Positions 9,339-18,786 of a DNA stretch of 64,000 nt are shown one piece after another (position 1 is the stretch's first letter; each line of letters opens with the position of its first letter). The position numbers and the translations under genes were made by a program. Source of the DNA: Candidatus Cloacimonadota bacterium (GTDB lineage Bacteria > Cloacimonadota > Cloacimonadia > JGIOTU-2); the NCBI GenBank assembly GCA_049903315.1, contig JBNGBT010000007.1:360-64359 (forward strand), in the 5' to 3' direction. The notes beneath the pieces were generated by a model that was given only the letters and a program-made list of their open reading frames with translations, had not been told where the DNA came from and did no database searches.

Positions 9339-11486
9339 ATGAAATACAAGAAATTAATCATCATAGTCCTTCTTATATTGTTATTCCATTCACTATGTTA
9401 TGCAGTGACCTTGAAAGAAGTCTATGAATCAGCTTCATCATATGGTGGATATGATAAATATCTTGAATTGGAAACAGGAGTGACATATACGGGCGGTCTG
9501 CTTATAGGGAAGATATTTGACCCGATCACAGCCGAATTATCATCAGAAGAAGGGAAGGATGTGCGCATTGCAGGTAACGGTGCAATACTCGATCTGCTTG
9601 GTGAAGAGATTTGCATATCCTATTGCACAAATAAACTCGATATTGATAACTGCATTATAATCAATGGAAATATCCGGTATCGTGGCATCAATCTCCCACC
9701 TGATGAAATATATCCAACAGGATATGTGAAATACTGTACTTTTTACAAACCGCAAGATTATGGAATACGATTACAGGGAGCTGGTGGAAATATCACATTA
9801 GAGAGAAATATTTTTGTCGATGCAATCGATACAGGCTGGGATTTTCATTATCTTCATGGCACCGCTCTCGAATATTTGCCGACAGGTGCCAATATTTGCA
9901 TCAGTGTGTTTTATTCAACCTATGGTGTGCCAATCCTTCTTGATAATTGGTCATATCACTCCGATCCAATCATAAATGCTGACTCAACAAGGCATTTTGT
10001 CGCACTCTGCGAATATGGCTGAACAATCCCACAGGTGGTCAGTTGGGCTGCTCCATATAACGTAATTGGCATCGATCCTCAACTCATCGATCCTGAAAAT
10101 GGCGATTATCGAGTAACTCCCGGTTCGCCTTCTGAGGGTTACGGATGCCAGATATTTCCAATTGAAAGAGCACATTCTTATAAAAAACCTAACCCAATCA
10201 TTATTCCATATAAAAATATTGAGTACAACAACTCAATTGAAGTGTCAGGAATCATTGATGAACATACAACCTGGCAGGCAGACACAGTAAAGGTAATTGG
10301 AGACATCGAGATTGTGGAGCAGATAATTCTCACAATTGTAGCCGGCACAAAGGTTGAATTTCAGAACTTCTATTCTATTGACTGTAAGGGGTGTATTCGA
10401 GCGATAGGGGGAGATGATGAGCGAATTCTCTTTACCTCAGTTCATCCTGAACTCTTTGTCCCAGATTCATCATTAACTGGCGCATGGAATGGTATCAGGT
10501 TTCATAACACATCTGCACTAAATGAAAAATCGATCTTTGCGTATTGTGAGTTTGAATATTCAAAAGTGTTTGGAGATTCTATAAAAGGCGGCGTACTCTC
10601 ATTCTATAATTTTTCAAAAGCGCGTGTTGTGAATTGTTTATTTACACAGAATGTCGCAGACTACGGATCAGTAATTGGTCTTGATTATCAATCATCTCCT
10701 GAAATTATTGATTGTATTTTTACTAAGAACTATGCTTTCGTCGGTGGTTCACCAATCTATAGCGCGTACTCGTACCCTCGCTTGATTAATAACACAATGA
10801 TCGATAACTATGTACTGAATGAAGATATAAATTATAGAACCGGGGCAGTCCAATCTTTTATCTCAAAACCACAGATTACCAATAACATAATTAGGGATAA
10901 TGTGACGGATTATCTCGATCCGGGACAGCTTGCTGAGTGCAAGGATTATTATACAACTTTTAACAACATTGAATTCGGGCATGGGGGAGAGAGCAATATT
11001 GATGAAGATCCCTTCTTTAGCTATTCAGGAGAATATCCCTATTCCTTGCTGCAGTTTTCCCCATGTATAAATGCCGGAACACCGGATACAACAGGTTTGT
11101 TTCTTCCTCTCTCAGATTTTGCTGGAAATGAGAGAATATATAATAGCAGGATCGATATCGGCGCATTCGAGTGGCAGGGCTATGCTGTTGATCCTGAAAT
11201 TCCTGATGAAACACCATTTGCATGCTATCCCAATCCTTTCTCGAACTCGACAGCCCTTCAATTATCAACAACCACAGAGCACACAGAGCACATTGAGATT
11301 AAAATATTTAACATTAAGGGGCAGCTTGTCCGTAATCTCCCCCTCACATCTTCTCCTCTTCACTCCATCGAGGCTATGTGGGATGGGAAAGATGAGAAGG
11401 GGAAAGAAGTGTGTGACGGGATATATTTTATTAGATGTAAAGCCCACAATCAGTTTTTAACTCAGAAGATTTTAAAGATTTACTAA
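9339..11486 (+). CDS. Secreted parallel beta-helix protein with FlgD-Ig CTD; single frame with in-frame TGA at 10020-10022 (possible Sec)
   Basis: ORFs 9339..10022 and 10035..11486 share a frame with only TGA-ACA-ATC-CCA-CAG between them. The first carries the signal peptide, the second the CTD. Confidence 0.7.
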
Positions 11487-11509
11487 GCAAAGTATCATTG
11501 GATAAGTAT

Positions 11510-11539
11510 CTTGTCACAAGTCGAAGAGCTTGTGATAAG
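11510..11539. repeat. Intergenic hairpin (REP-like or terminator)
   Basis: cttgtcacaag-tcgaagag-cttgtgataag. Confidence 0.5.
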
Positions 11540-11761
11540 TAATTTTCAGGTTTTACAACTTAAGACATACTCTCCACCTCGTCTCAATATACAACGCTAC
11601 TAAGCAGCGGACAGGTCTCAAATTTTACTTTAGTATTTTAAATAAATTTGACAACAAAGGAAGGAAATTAATAAAAAGAATAAGAATTGAAGAGCATACT
11701 ATTTTTACTATTGAAATTGAGAGGAAATAGATGTGGAAACATGGAAAGATTTTATGAAAGA

Positions 11762-11860
11762 AACTAAAAGCAAAATCCACGCAATAGTGCGCAGATACCT
11801 ACAAATTTGGTTGTATCATTGCAATATATATCCAATCATGCGTGGACTCAGACATTACGT
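11762..11860 (+). mobile_element. Degenerate attC-like site (upstream)
   Basis: tccacgca (11776-83) / tgcgtgga (11839-46) inverted repeat, inner gatac/gtatc pair, ending in A|TTACGT. Confidence 0.5.
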
Positions 11861-11881
11861 GAAAAAAGTTTTTATAGGAGA

Positions 11882-12829
11882 ATGATACAAAATATATCAA
11901 GGAGACATCATTTTGTTTCTGAATTTTACTTAAATGGATTTACAGAGATATTAAAAAAGAATAAAGTTCTGAATGTTTTTGATTTAGAAGAGAAAAAATA
12001 TTTTAAGACTTCTCCAGATAACGTTGCTGTAATTCGTGATTTTAATAAGTTAAGTGTTGAAAATACTGAACCTGATATCTTGGAAAAAATTATCTCAGAG
12101 CTGGAATCAAAAGTTGCTGAAGTAATAAAAAATATAAATCTAACTCACACTCTACCAAAAGGTGAAGATTTAGAAATTCTATACAATTTCATTGCATTAT
12201 TCACTTGCAGGAATCCAATACAAAGAGAAATTATAAACAAATATATTTCCGATGTTTCCAACAAAATGTTAGATAATATTTATAGGTCTAAAGAAAACTG
12301 GGAAGCGTTTCATGATGAAATGAGAAAGAAAGGGCATGATGTTGATCCAAATGCAAATTACGATGACTTGAAAGCGATAGTCAAATCTGGAAAATCGAAA
12401 TGGAAAGCATCCAACAACCTAATGTTTAAACTTGATATGACAAGTATGAATGCAGTTATACATACTTTGCATTATCGAAAATGGAAATTAATTTCTAATG
12501 ATTCTAAGTTAACACCATTTATCAGTAGCGATAATCCTGTTTCACTTTATTGGACACATAATTTTAAAACTCAATATCCGCCAGGTTTTGCAATGCCTAA
12601 TACAGAATTAATATTTCCTTTATCAAAATCCTTAGTTTTGTCAGGTACTTTTAATGATAATCCTCTAATTATTAATGCTAATCAAATGCAAGTTGCAATA
12701 ATAAATAGTAACATAATAAGTTCAGCAAATAGATTTATATTTAGCTCAAAAAAGGATTTTAAATATTTAAGTAAAAGTAATAAAATTTTATCAAGTTCTG
12801 AATTACTAAGAAATCGCTCAAATAATTAG
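11882..12829 (+). CDS. DUF4238-family protein, cassette-borne and very AT-rich
   Basis: RRHHFVSEFYLNGF N-terminus, FISSDNPV, ELIFPLSK; AGGAG RBS before ATG 11882. Confidence 0.8.
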   Translation: MIQNISRRHHFVSEFYLNGFTEILKKNKVLNVFDLEEKKYFKTSPDNVAVIRDFNKLSVENTEPDILEKIISELESKVAEVIKNINLTHTLPKGEDLEILYNFIALFTCRNPIQREIINKYISDVSNKMLDNIYRSKENWEAFHDEMRKKGHDVDPNANYDDLKAIVKSGKSKWKASNNLMFKLDMTSMNAVIHTLHYRKWKLISNDSKLTPFISSDNPVSLYWTHNFKTQYPPGFAMPNTELIFPLSKSLVLSGTFNDNPLIINANQMQVAIINSNIISSANRFIFSSKKDFKYLSKSNKILSSSELLRNRSNN

Positions 12830-12893
12830 AGAGAATTTATTGTATCGTAATAGTATCAAGAGTTTCTTTATAGTTATGCAGTATTATTCAAGA

Positions 12894-13023
12894 TTTTTTC
12901 ACGTAACATGCGTGTCGTCAGTAAAGTTGATCAGTGTTTTTTGTCTGAACCTTCCGGTTCAGGGTTTAGCTGTGTGTTCAGGCTGAATCATTCTGATTCC
13001 GCCGCGCATGCCAAACATTAGCC
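12894..13023 (+). mobile_element. attC-like site (downstream)
   Basis: TTTTTTCACGTAAC complements the cassette start TTACGTGAAAAAA; catgcgtgtcg/cgccgcgcatg stem; inner hairpins; ends A|TTAGCC. Confidence 0.65.
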
Positions 13024-13139
13024 TGCATTGCATACTGAGGAAATCAATTCTGAGAAGGTAACGGATATTGTTTTATAATAGCAACAATCAATAGGTGTAT
13101 TGCTATCACACTGATCAAATCGTAATATGTTCTGAAATA

Positions 13140-14273
13140 CTACGGCAAAAACTGCAGAGGATCATACGCTCGTCCATCGAGACGCACTTCAAAATGCACA
13201 TGAGCGCCGGTAGTGTTGCCTGTCAATCCAACCTTCCCAATGATCTCACCCTTTTTAACTTTATCATCTTTATGAACAAGATTTTCCTGGTTATGTGCAT
13301 ACACGGTCATAATGCTGTTGGCATGTTTGAGAATGATCACATTGCCGTAGCCGCGCTGTTTGCCGGAATAGGCAACTTCACCATCGAGGACAGCTTTAAG
13401 CGGAGTTCCTTCTGGACAGGCAATATCGAGTCCTTTATGGGGCTTTCCGTCACGTGTGCCGAACCCCGAAGTGATCTGTCCTGTACAGGGCCACATAATG
13501 CCGTATTTTTGGAATTCGGACTTCTTTATAACCGGTTTGGGAATAATATATTTTGAATTATCATCCTTTGACTGCGTTTCGAGATAGAGCTTCTGTCCCA
13601 CAAAAATATTACTTGAACTCAAACTATTATAGTTTTTCAATTCGTAAATAGAGAGACCGTAAGTCGAAGCAATTCTATAAAGTGTTTCACCCTTTTTTAC
13701 TACATGGTATTTGGGTTTTTTTATTTGCTTCGCTGGTTCTTTTAGGACTTCTGTTTTAGTTTGAGTTTGTGTGGGCTGCTCGATTTTTTCCGGCTCATAT
13801 TCCTGAACTTGAGTTGACACAAGAGGAGTCTGTCCGGGTGTACCTTTCAAAAGTAATTTCTCTCCCGCTTTTATCGTATAAGACGTAAGTTGGTTCAATT
13901 CCATCAATTGCTCGATAGGAACATCATAAATCTTGGAAAGCCGGTATAATGTTTCACCTTTTTGTATCACATGATAACCGGAAGAGGGAATTTCTTTTTT
14001 TGTTACATAATATTGTTGTGGATGTTCTTTATTATGGAGGTATATTTTTTGCCCAATGAGAATTTTGTCTGAAGTAAGATTATTTATTCTTTTTAGCGCA
14101 TCGACAGTTGTACTGTATTTCTTTGCGATAGAATAGAGTGTGTCGCACTTTTTCACTATGTGGTAGTCATCGGACTCGGTAATATATTTTGGATTGGGAG
14201 AAAATCCCAGAAGAGAAAAGCACAATAATAGTATAATGAGTGTCGTTGGTTTGATCATAAATTGAATCCGCAT
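13140..14273 (-). CDS. LysM (x3) M23 peptidase, NlpD-like
   Basis: Three YH.V.KG.TLY.I...Y LysM repeats; HKGLD, YAH, HVHFEVR. Confidence 0.92.
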   Translation of the reverse strand: MRIQFMIKPTTLIILLLCFSLLGFSPNPKYITESDDYHIVKKCDTLYSIAKKYSTTVDALKRINNLTSDKILIGQKIYLHNKEHPQQYYVTKKEIPSSGYHVIQKGETLYRLSKIYDVPIEQLMELNQLTSYTIKAGEKLLLKGTPGQTPLVSTQVQEYEPEKIEQPTQTQTKTEVLKEPAKQIKKPKYHVVKKGETLYRIASTYGLSIYELKNYNSLSSSNIFVGQKLYLETQSKDDNSKYIIPKPVIKKSEFQKYGIMWPCTGQITSGFGTRDGKPHKGLDIACPEGTPLKAVLDGEVAYSGKQRGYGNVIILKHANSIMTVYAHNQENLVHKDDKVKKGEIIGKVGLTGNTTGAHVHFEVRLDGRAYDPLQFLP

Positions 14274-14399
14274 ATTTAAACCTGAAGTTCCAATGTCCTC
14301 AAAGAATATCCAATATCCAAAACGGAATTATCAATTTCCAATGAGTAAATATTTTTGTGGGAGAGTTCAATTTTATTTTGTTTAATATGCATTTTTCTT

Positions 14400-14504
14400 T
14401 TATGTAGTTTCTATGCTTTTAAAGATGATTGAGATCAATTCATCGTTCTCTTGTAATAAAAGGGTTAATTTTGTCTTATTATCTCTTCTCTTTTTTTCCT
14501 TCAT
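14400..14504 (-). pseudogene. Internally deleted four-helix-bundle gene (34 aa) between inverted 7-nt repeats
   Basis: MKEKKRRDNKTKLTLLLQENDELISIIFKSIETT*; the tail aligns with ECNELISIFVKSIETA of 5070..5447; repeats at about 14289-14343 and 14505-14537. Confidence 0.75.
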
Positions 14505-14576
14505 AATTGGGCGTTCCTTGCTGGACATTGGATATTGTGTCCACTTGCCCATATAATTGAAGTTATAAAAAGAAGT

Positions 14577-14849
14577 TTAGTAAGTAATCTCAAATGAATC
14601 ATATTCAATTTGTTCCGGGTCTTCTTCAATCGTGATATCATCAATGCGTGCTGCAGGAGGTCCTAATTTAATTTTATCTAAGAAAATTTGCAGATTCGGC
14701 GAATCGCCTTGTGCTTCGATCTCTACATCGCCGTTATACAGATTCTTAGCATACCCATGTATGCCGAAGTGACGTGCATTATATGCAGCAAAATATCGAA
14801 ATGATACGCCTTGTACAACGCCTTTTACAATAATATGTAATTTTCTCAT
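14577..14849 (-). CDS. acyP: Acylphosphatase
   Basis: V.GVVQGVSFR, GYAKN..NGDVE..AQG, GPPAARI. Confidence 0.93.
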   Translation of the reverse strand: MRKLHIIVKGVVQGVSFRYFAAYNARHFGIHGYAKNLYNGDVEIEAQGDSPNLQIFLDKIKLGPPAARIDDITIEEDPEQIEYDSFEITY

Positions 14850-14850
14850 A

Positions 14851-17757
14851 TTACTCAAAAACAATTATCTGAGGTCGAACGACACCAGCTCGGATCTGGG
14901 TGTGTCCGTTCATATATATTTTTTTATTCTGATATTCTTTAAAGAAATTTTCATAGACGGCATTCATTCTGAAATTGCCAAAACCTTCTGTCAATATTAT
15001 CGGAAATGGTATGCTTTCGTTACCTGTGAGAGCAACACCGATCTCCTCTCCAAGAAATTCTACAAGGTCTTTATTATCTATTGATGGTGCGATAACACCT
15101 GCGACATCCTTCTCCGCACATGTTTTCAGGAAGTCATAGGAAATCTTATTGAAGCATATAAGAATTTTATCATGATACGTTGCTTTCTCATATAGAACAG
15201 GTTCATGAAAAATCTGCATATTGCTTGTTCTCTCACTCCCGAATCCTATAATTCCGTTGAGTCGGCTTCCAATATATTGTATGGTTGCGGATAGGTTTTC
15301 TTCCACATCAATTACTTTTCCGCACACATTTGCATAGATACGAAATGGCTCATTCTTGTATTGAATTGTAACTGTGCCCTTATCTGCATCAATGTTTGTA
15401 ATTACTCCGGATGTAGGAGCAGGTATCACATGACTGAAATCCTTTTCAAGACGCGATGCAAGTGGTTCGTATGTTTCTACAAAATCTCCCTCGCGTTTTT
15501 TGAGATATCCTTTGATATGCTTCGGATTTATTTTGAGTTCTTTTGCTATTTTGACCGTAAATGGCTTTGTAGAATAATCCTGGATTTCACGCAATATTAT
15601 TGTTCCGGTCTCAAAGTTGATATGTTCGATCTTGCCACGGACAGGTGTTCGATACTCTCCGACTTTACCGGAAAATGCAGAGATCATACCTCGGTCGGAA
15701 ATCTCGATTATTTTTTGATTGAATTTTACCGATTCACCTTCCTTCACAAGCATGCTCTTTTCCATCAGTTCCGGATTGAGATCGAGATAGTCCATTGTGA
15801 AAAGCGAAAGCACGTAAATTTTGGGTGGAGCATATTTATTTTCACCGATGAGAGTATCAGGCGTCACTTCTTCATCTTTTGTAACAAAAATATTTCCTGA
15901 ATAGGGGAGTTCTCTTTTGATCGCATAGGTGCCGGTCTCAATTTTTTTATTTTCTATATATGATGAAAAACACTCCTCGAGAGCTATTGCGGGATTTCCC
16001 AAATCAAAAAGTTTCAACTCGCTATTGTATTGCTTGATGGAAGTATTATCACGAAAACGCGTATCAGCTAATATTGCCTGGTCAGTCTCAAACGTATATT
16101 CATGATCATTATTTCCCAGAGAAAAGCCCTTTTCCAGATTAATAATAATTTTCTGAAGAGTATTATTTTCGTTTGGAAAATATTTTAATGAATTTGATAG
16201 TATCGTATGAGATTCGCTTCCAATAATAATTTCCATTACTTTCTGACCGGCTTTCATCTTTTGGAAGATCGGGCGGATGCACATGCCGATTTTTTGATAA
16301 CATTCTTTATGAAGAAGTTCGGATGCAAGTTCGCTATTCACTTCGCTTAATTTTCCTAAATGAGGTGAAATAAAATGATTGTCGCGCCAGATTTCGGTAA
16401 TTCCTTCTGGTTTGAGTCCATCGCAAATGGTAATTAAAGCATGTGTGCTCGATGGAGCATTTGAGAGCACTCCACCTGCACCTATCATGATGCCGATATC
16501 TTTCATATGAAAGGATCGTTGTTCCTGAAGTTTTTCCACATAGAAGCATTCCAGGAATTTATCAAAATCCGTATGTTTCAATCTGTCGAGGAATCCGATT
16601 TTCTGTGTATTAAAATGCATCTTCATATGATGCCTTATGGACATTTGTATCGCTTCGCGCGCAGTTGCGTGTTCAATAGCTGTTTGGGTATCATCTTGCG
16701 GGATGTAAAGAGGATAGAGCATTTTGTTTGAAATATAATTTCTTATATAGTGCTCATCCAGACTCTCGGGCAGCCATCTTTGAATCTTCTCAAAAGTAGC
16801 ATCTTTCATCACGTTTGAAATACTGTAACTCATCCCATAATTTGCACTTACTGTTCGATAATATTTGCCCATTATGTTTGAGAACACATCCGTTGTTGCA
16901 CCGCCAATATCCACTGAAATGATATTTTTCCCCATTTGTTTGCTTATCAGCCGAAGTGCATTTATAACTCCTGAAGGAGTTGGAATGATAGCGTCAGCAA
17001 CAACCTTTTTCAATGAGCCATAACCCGGTGCCTGCTCCATTACATTATCCATAAAGAGCTGATGTATTTTTTCCTGTGCTGGAGGAAGATTTTCATCCTG
17101 CAGGGTCGGGCGGATATTCGGCACTATGTAGAGTTGAAATTTCTCGGAAAAGAGGGATTGAATGAATGACTGGGCATCTTTGTTGCCGGCATATACAAGT
17201 GGGATTTCGGTTTTATCACCGAATTTTGGTTTTGGGTGTGCTAATGAAAGCAGCTCTCCCATGCGTACGATACTGCTGATATTTCCACCATCTGTTCCGC
17301 CGGAGAATAGAATAATATCAGGTCGCAGTAAGCGTATGAGCTGCATCTTCTCAACAGGAGTCCGGTTATCATTGATCGCAAAAGTATCGAGGATCACTCC
17401 GCCGGAGCCGTACGCAGCACGCTTTGCACTGCTTGCAGAATCAAAAAGTGTGAGACCAAAGACAAGTATCTGCAAGCCACCACCGGCGCTGCTCGTTGTT
17501 AAATAGAGAGTGTCTTTATTAAACCGAAGATTTTCTGAAGTAGAATCTTTATCCAAAAGTTGTATATCAGTGGCTTTTTCTATATTTTGTATGGAGTTGA
17601 AAATGCCGATTTTCACATCTTCTTGTGGACGTTCAACCGTTGTGCCGACATTTTGTAATGCAGTGAGTGTGTAGGACTCACTTCCTTTTTGAAAAAGGAC
17701 CGCTTTGGTTGTTGTGCTACCAATATCTGTAATAAGAATATTTTTCTTAGTAATCAT
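14851..17757 (-). CDS. GlmL/MutL-like ASKHA ATPase fused to an uncharacterised C-terminal region of about 350 aa
   Basis: TDIGSTTTKA, TSSAGGGL, SGGTDGG, VDIGGATTDVFS, RTVSANYGMSYS; C-terminal IGVALTG.E...IILTEGFG. Confidence 0.8.
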   Translation of the reverse strand: MITKKNILITDIGSTTTKAVLFQKGSESYTLTALQNVGTTVERPQEDVKIGIFNSIQNIEKATDIQLLDKDSTSENLRFNKDTLYLTTSSAGGGLQILVFGLTLFDSASSAKRAAYGSGGVILDTFAINDNRTPVEKMQLIRLLRPDIILFSGGTDGGNISSIVRMGELLSLAHPKPKFGDKTEIPLVYAGNKDAQSFIQSLFSEKFQLYIVPNIRPTLQDENLPPAQEKIHQLFMDNVMEQAPGYGSLKKVVADAIIPTPSGVINALRLISKQMGKNIISVDIGGATTDVFSNIMGKYYRTVSANYGMSYSISNVMKDATFEKIQRWLPESLDEHYIRNYISNKMLYPLYIPQDDTQTAIEHATAREAIQMSIRHHMKMHFNTQKIGFLDRLKHTDFDKFLECFYVEKLQEQRSFHMKDIGIMIGAGGVLSNAPSSTHALITICDGLKPEGITEIWRDNHFISPHLGKLSEVNSELASELLHKECYQKIGMCIRPIFQKMKAGQKVMEIIIGSESHTILSNSLKYFPNENNTLQKIIINLEKGFSLGNNDHEYTFETDQAILADTRFRDNTSIKQYNSELKLFDLGNPAIALEECFSSYIENKKIETGTYAIKRELPYSGNIFVTKDEEVTPDTLIGENKYAPPKIYVLSLFTMDYLDLNPELMEKSMLVKEGESVKFNQKIIEISDRGMISAFSGKVGEYRTPVRGKIEHINFETGTIILREIQDYSTKPFTVKIAKELKINPKHIKGYLKKREGDFVETYEPLASRLEKDFSHVIPAPTSGVITNIDADKGTVTIQYKNEPFRIYANVCGKVIDVEENLSATIQYIGSRLNGIIGFGSERTSNMQIFHEPVLYEKATYHDKILICFNKISYDFLKTCAEKDVAGVIAPSIDNKDLVEFLGEEIGVALTGNESIPFPIILTEGFGNFRMNAVYENFFKEYQNKKIYMNGHTQIRAGVVRPQIIVFE

Positions 17758-17796
17758 AGATATGATTTTTTTTAGGAGAAAAGGTTTGTAAAGTTT

Positions 17797-18786
17797 TTAA
17801 CCTTTGAGACCGCTCGTGATAAAGCTGGATATGATCTGCCTTTGTGCAAATAGGAAGAGAATAAGTAGTGGAGCAATGGAGAAAGTTGATGCCGACATGA
17901 GGAGGGCAGTGCTCGAGGACGCCTCCTGTGCGAAGTATGAAAGCCCGACCTGCAGCACACGCAGATTATCACTACTTGTCATTACAAGGGGCCACATGAA
18001 GCTGTTCCAACTCCCGATGAGTGAGAAAATAGCAGTCGTTGCAAGTATTGGTTTGGAGATGGGTAATATGATCCTCCAGAGGATGCCAAATTGAGAGCAT
18101 CCATCAATAACTGCTGCATCAAAAAGGTCTTGAGGAATTGTCTTAAACTGTTGTCGCAGCAAGAAGATGCTGAATATATTTGCAATCCATGGCACAATAA
18201 GCGCTTGGTAGGTGTTTATCCAACCGAGTTTTGTAAGCAGGAAATATGAAGGAATGAGATAGATAGGCTGGGGAACCATCATCATACTGATGAACAGGTA
18301 AAAGATGAAATCCCGTCCTTTGAACTTCATACGGGCAAATGCGTATGCTGCAAGAGATGAGGTGATAAGCACACCGATAAGCACAGAAAATGATACAAAA
18401 AGTGTGTTGAGAATATACCTGCCAAAAGGCACTTTTGTAAATGCCTCTTTATAATTATCCCAATGCAATTTCAGTTTTTTGGATGATTTTATACTTTCAG
18501 CAGGAACTTTCACGTAAGATTCTTTGAAGGTTTTACCATCTTTATCATATATATTTATAACAACTTGATTTTCTTCTTCATCAACAATTTCACAAAGCTC
18601 TTTTTTCCCATCATGAGTATAATAATTTACAAAATCAATAGGAATGAATCCCACGCTGCCTTTATTTATTGCAGTTTGTGATTTCAGAGAAGTGGAAACC
18701 ATCCAAATAAACGGCACAACCATGATCAACCCACAGAGGATGAGCATGAAATAAGAGAACCCTTTGCCAAAATATTTTTTAAGCAT
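17797..18786 (-). CDS. Carbohydrate ABC transporter permease (MalG/UgpE type)
   Basis: AAYAFARMKFKGR, DLFDAAVIDG EAA motif, WNSFMWPL. Confidence 0.92.
   Translation of the reverse strand: MLKKYFGKGFSYFMLILCGLIMVVPFIWMVSTSLKSQTAINKGSVGFIPIDFVNYYTHDGKKELCEIVDEEENQVVINIYDKDGKTFKESYVKVPAESIKSSKKLKLHWDNYKEAFTKVPFGRYILNTLFVSFSVLIGVLITSSLAAYAFARMKFKGRDFIFYLFISMMMVPQPIYLIPSYFLLTKLGWINTYQALIVPWIANIFSIFLLRQQFKTIPQDLFDAAVIDGCSQFGILWRIILPISKPILATTAIFSLIGSWNSFMWPLVMTSSDNLRVLQVGLSYFAQEASSSTALLMSASTFSIAPLLILFLFAQRQIISSFITSGLKG

Noticed and set aside
10020..10022. Genome-wide UGA recoding (code 4/25)
   Set aside because: purL, purQ, apbE and the CDP-alcohol transferase end correctly at TGA, and other genes lack internal TGA
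11589..11615. A third attC left arm (atacaac...gcagcggac)
   Set aside because: No matching right arm is visible; the signal is too weak
14851..17757. DNA mismatch repair MutL
   Set aside because: Name overlap only; the motifs are ASKHA type, not GHKL
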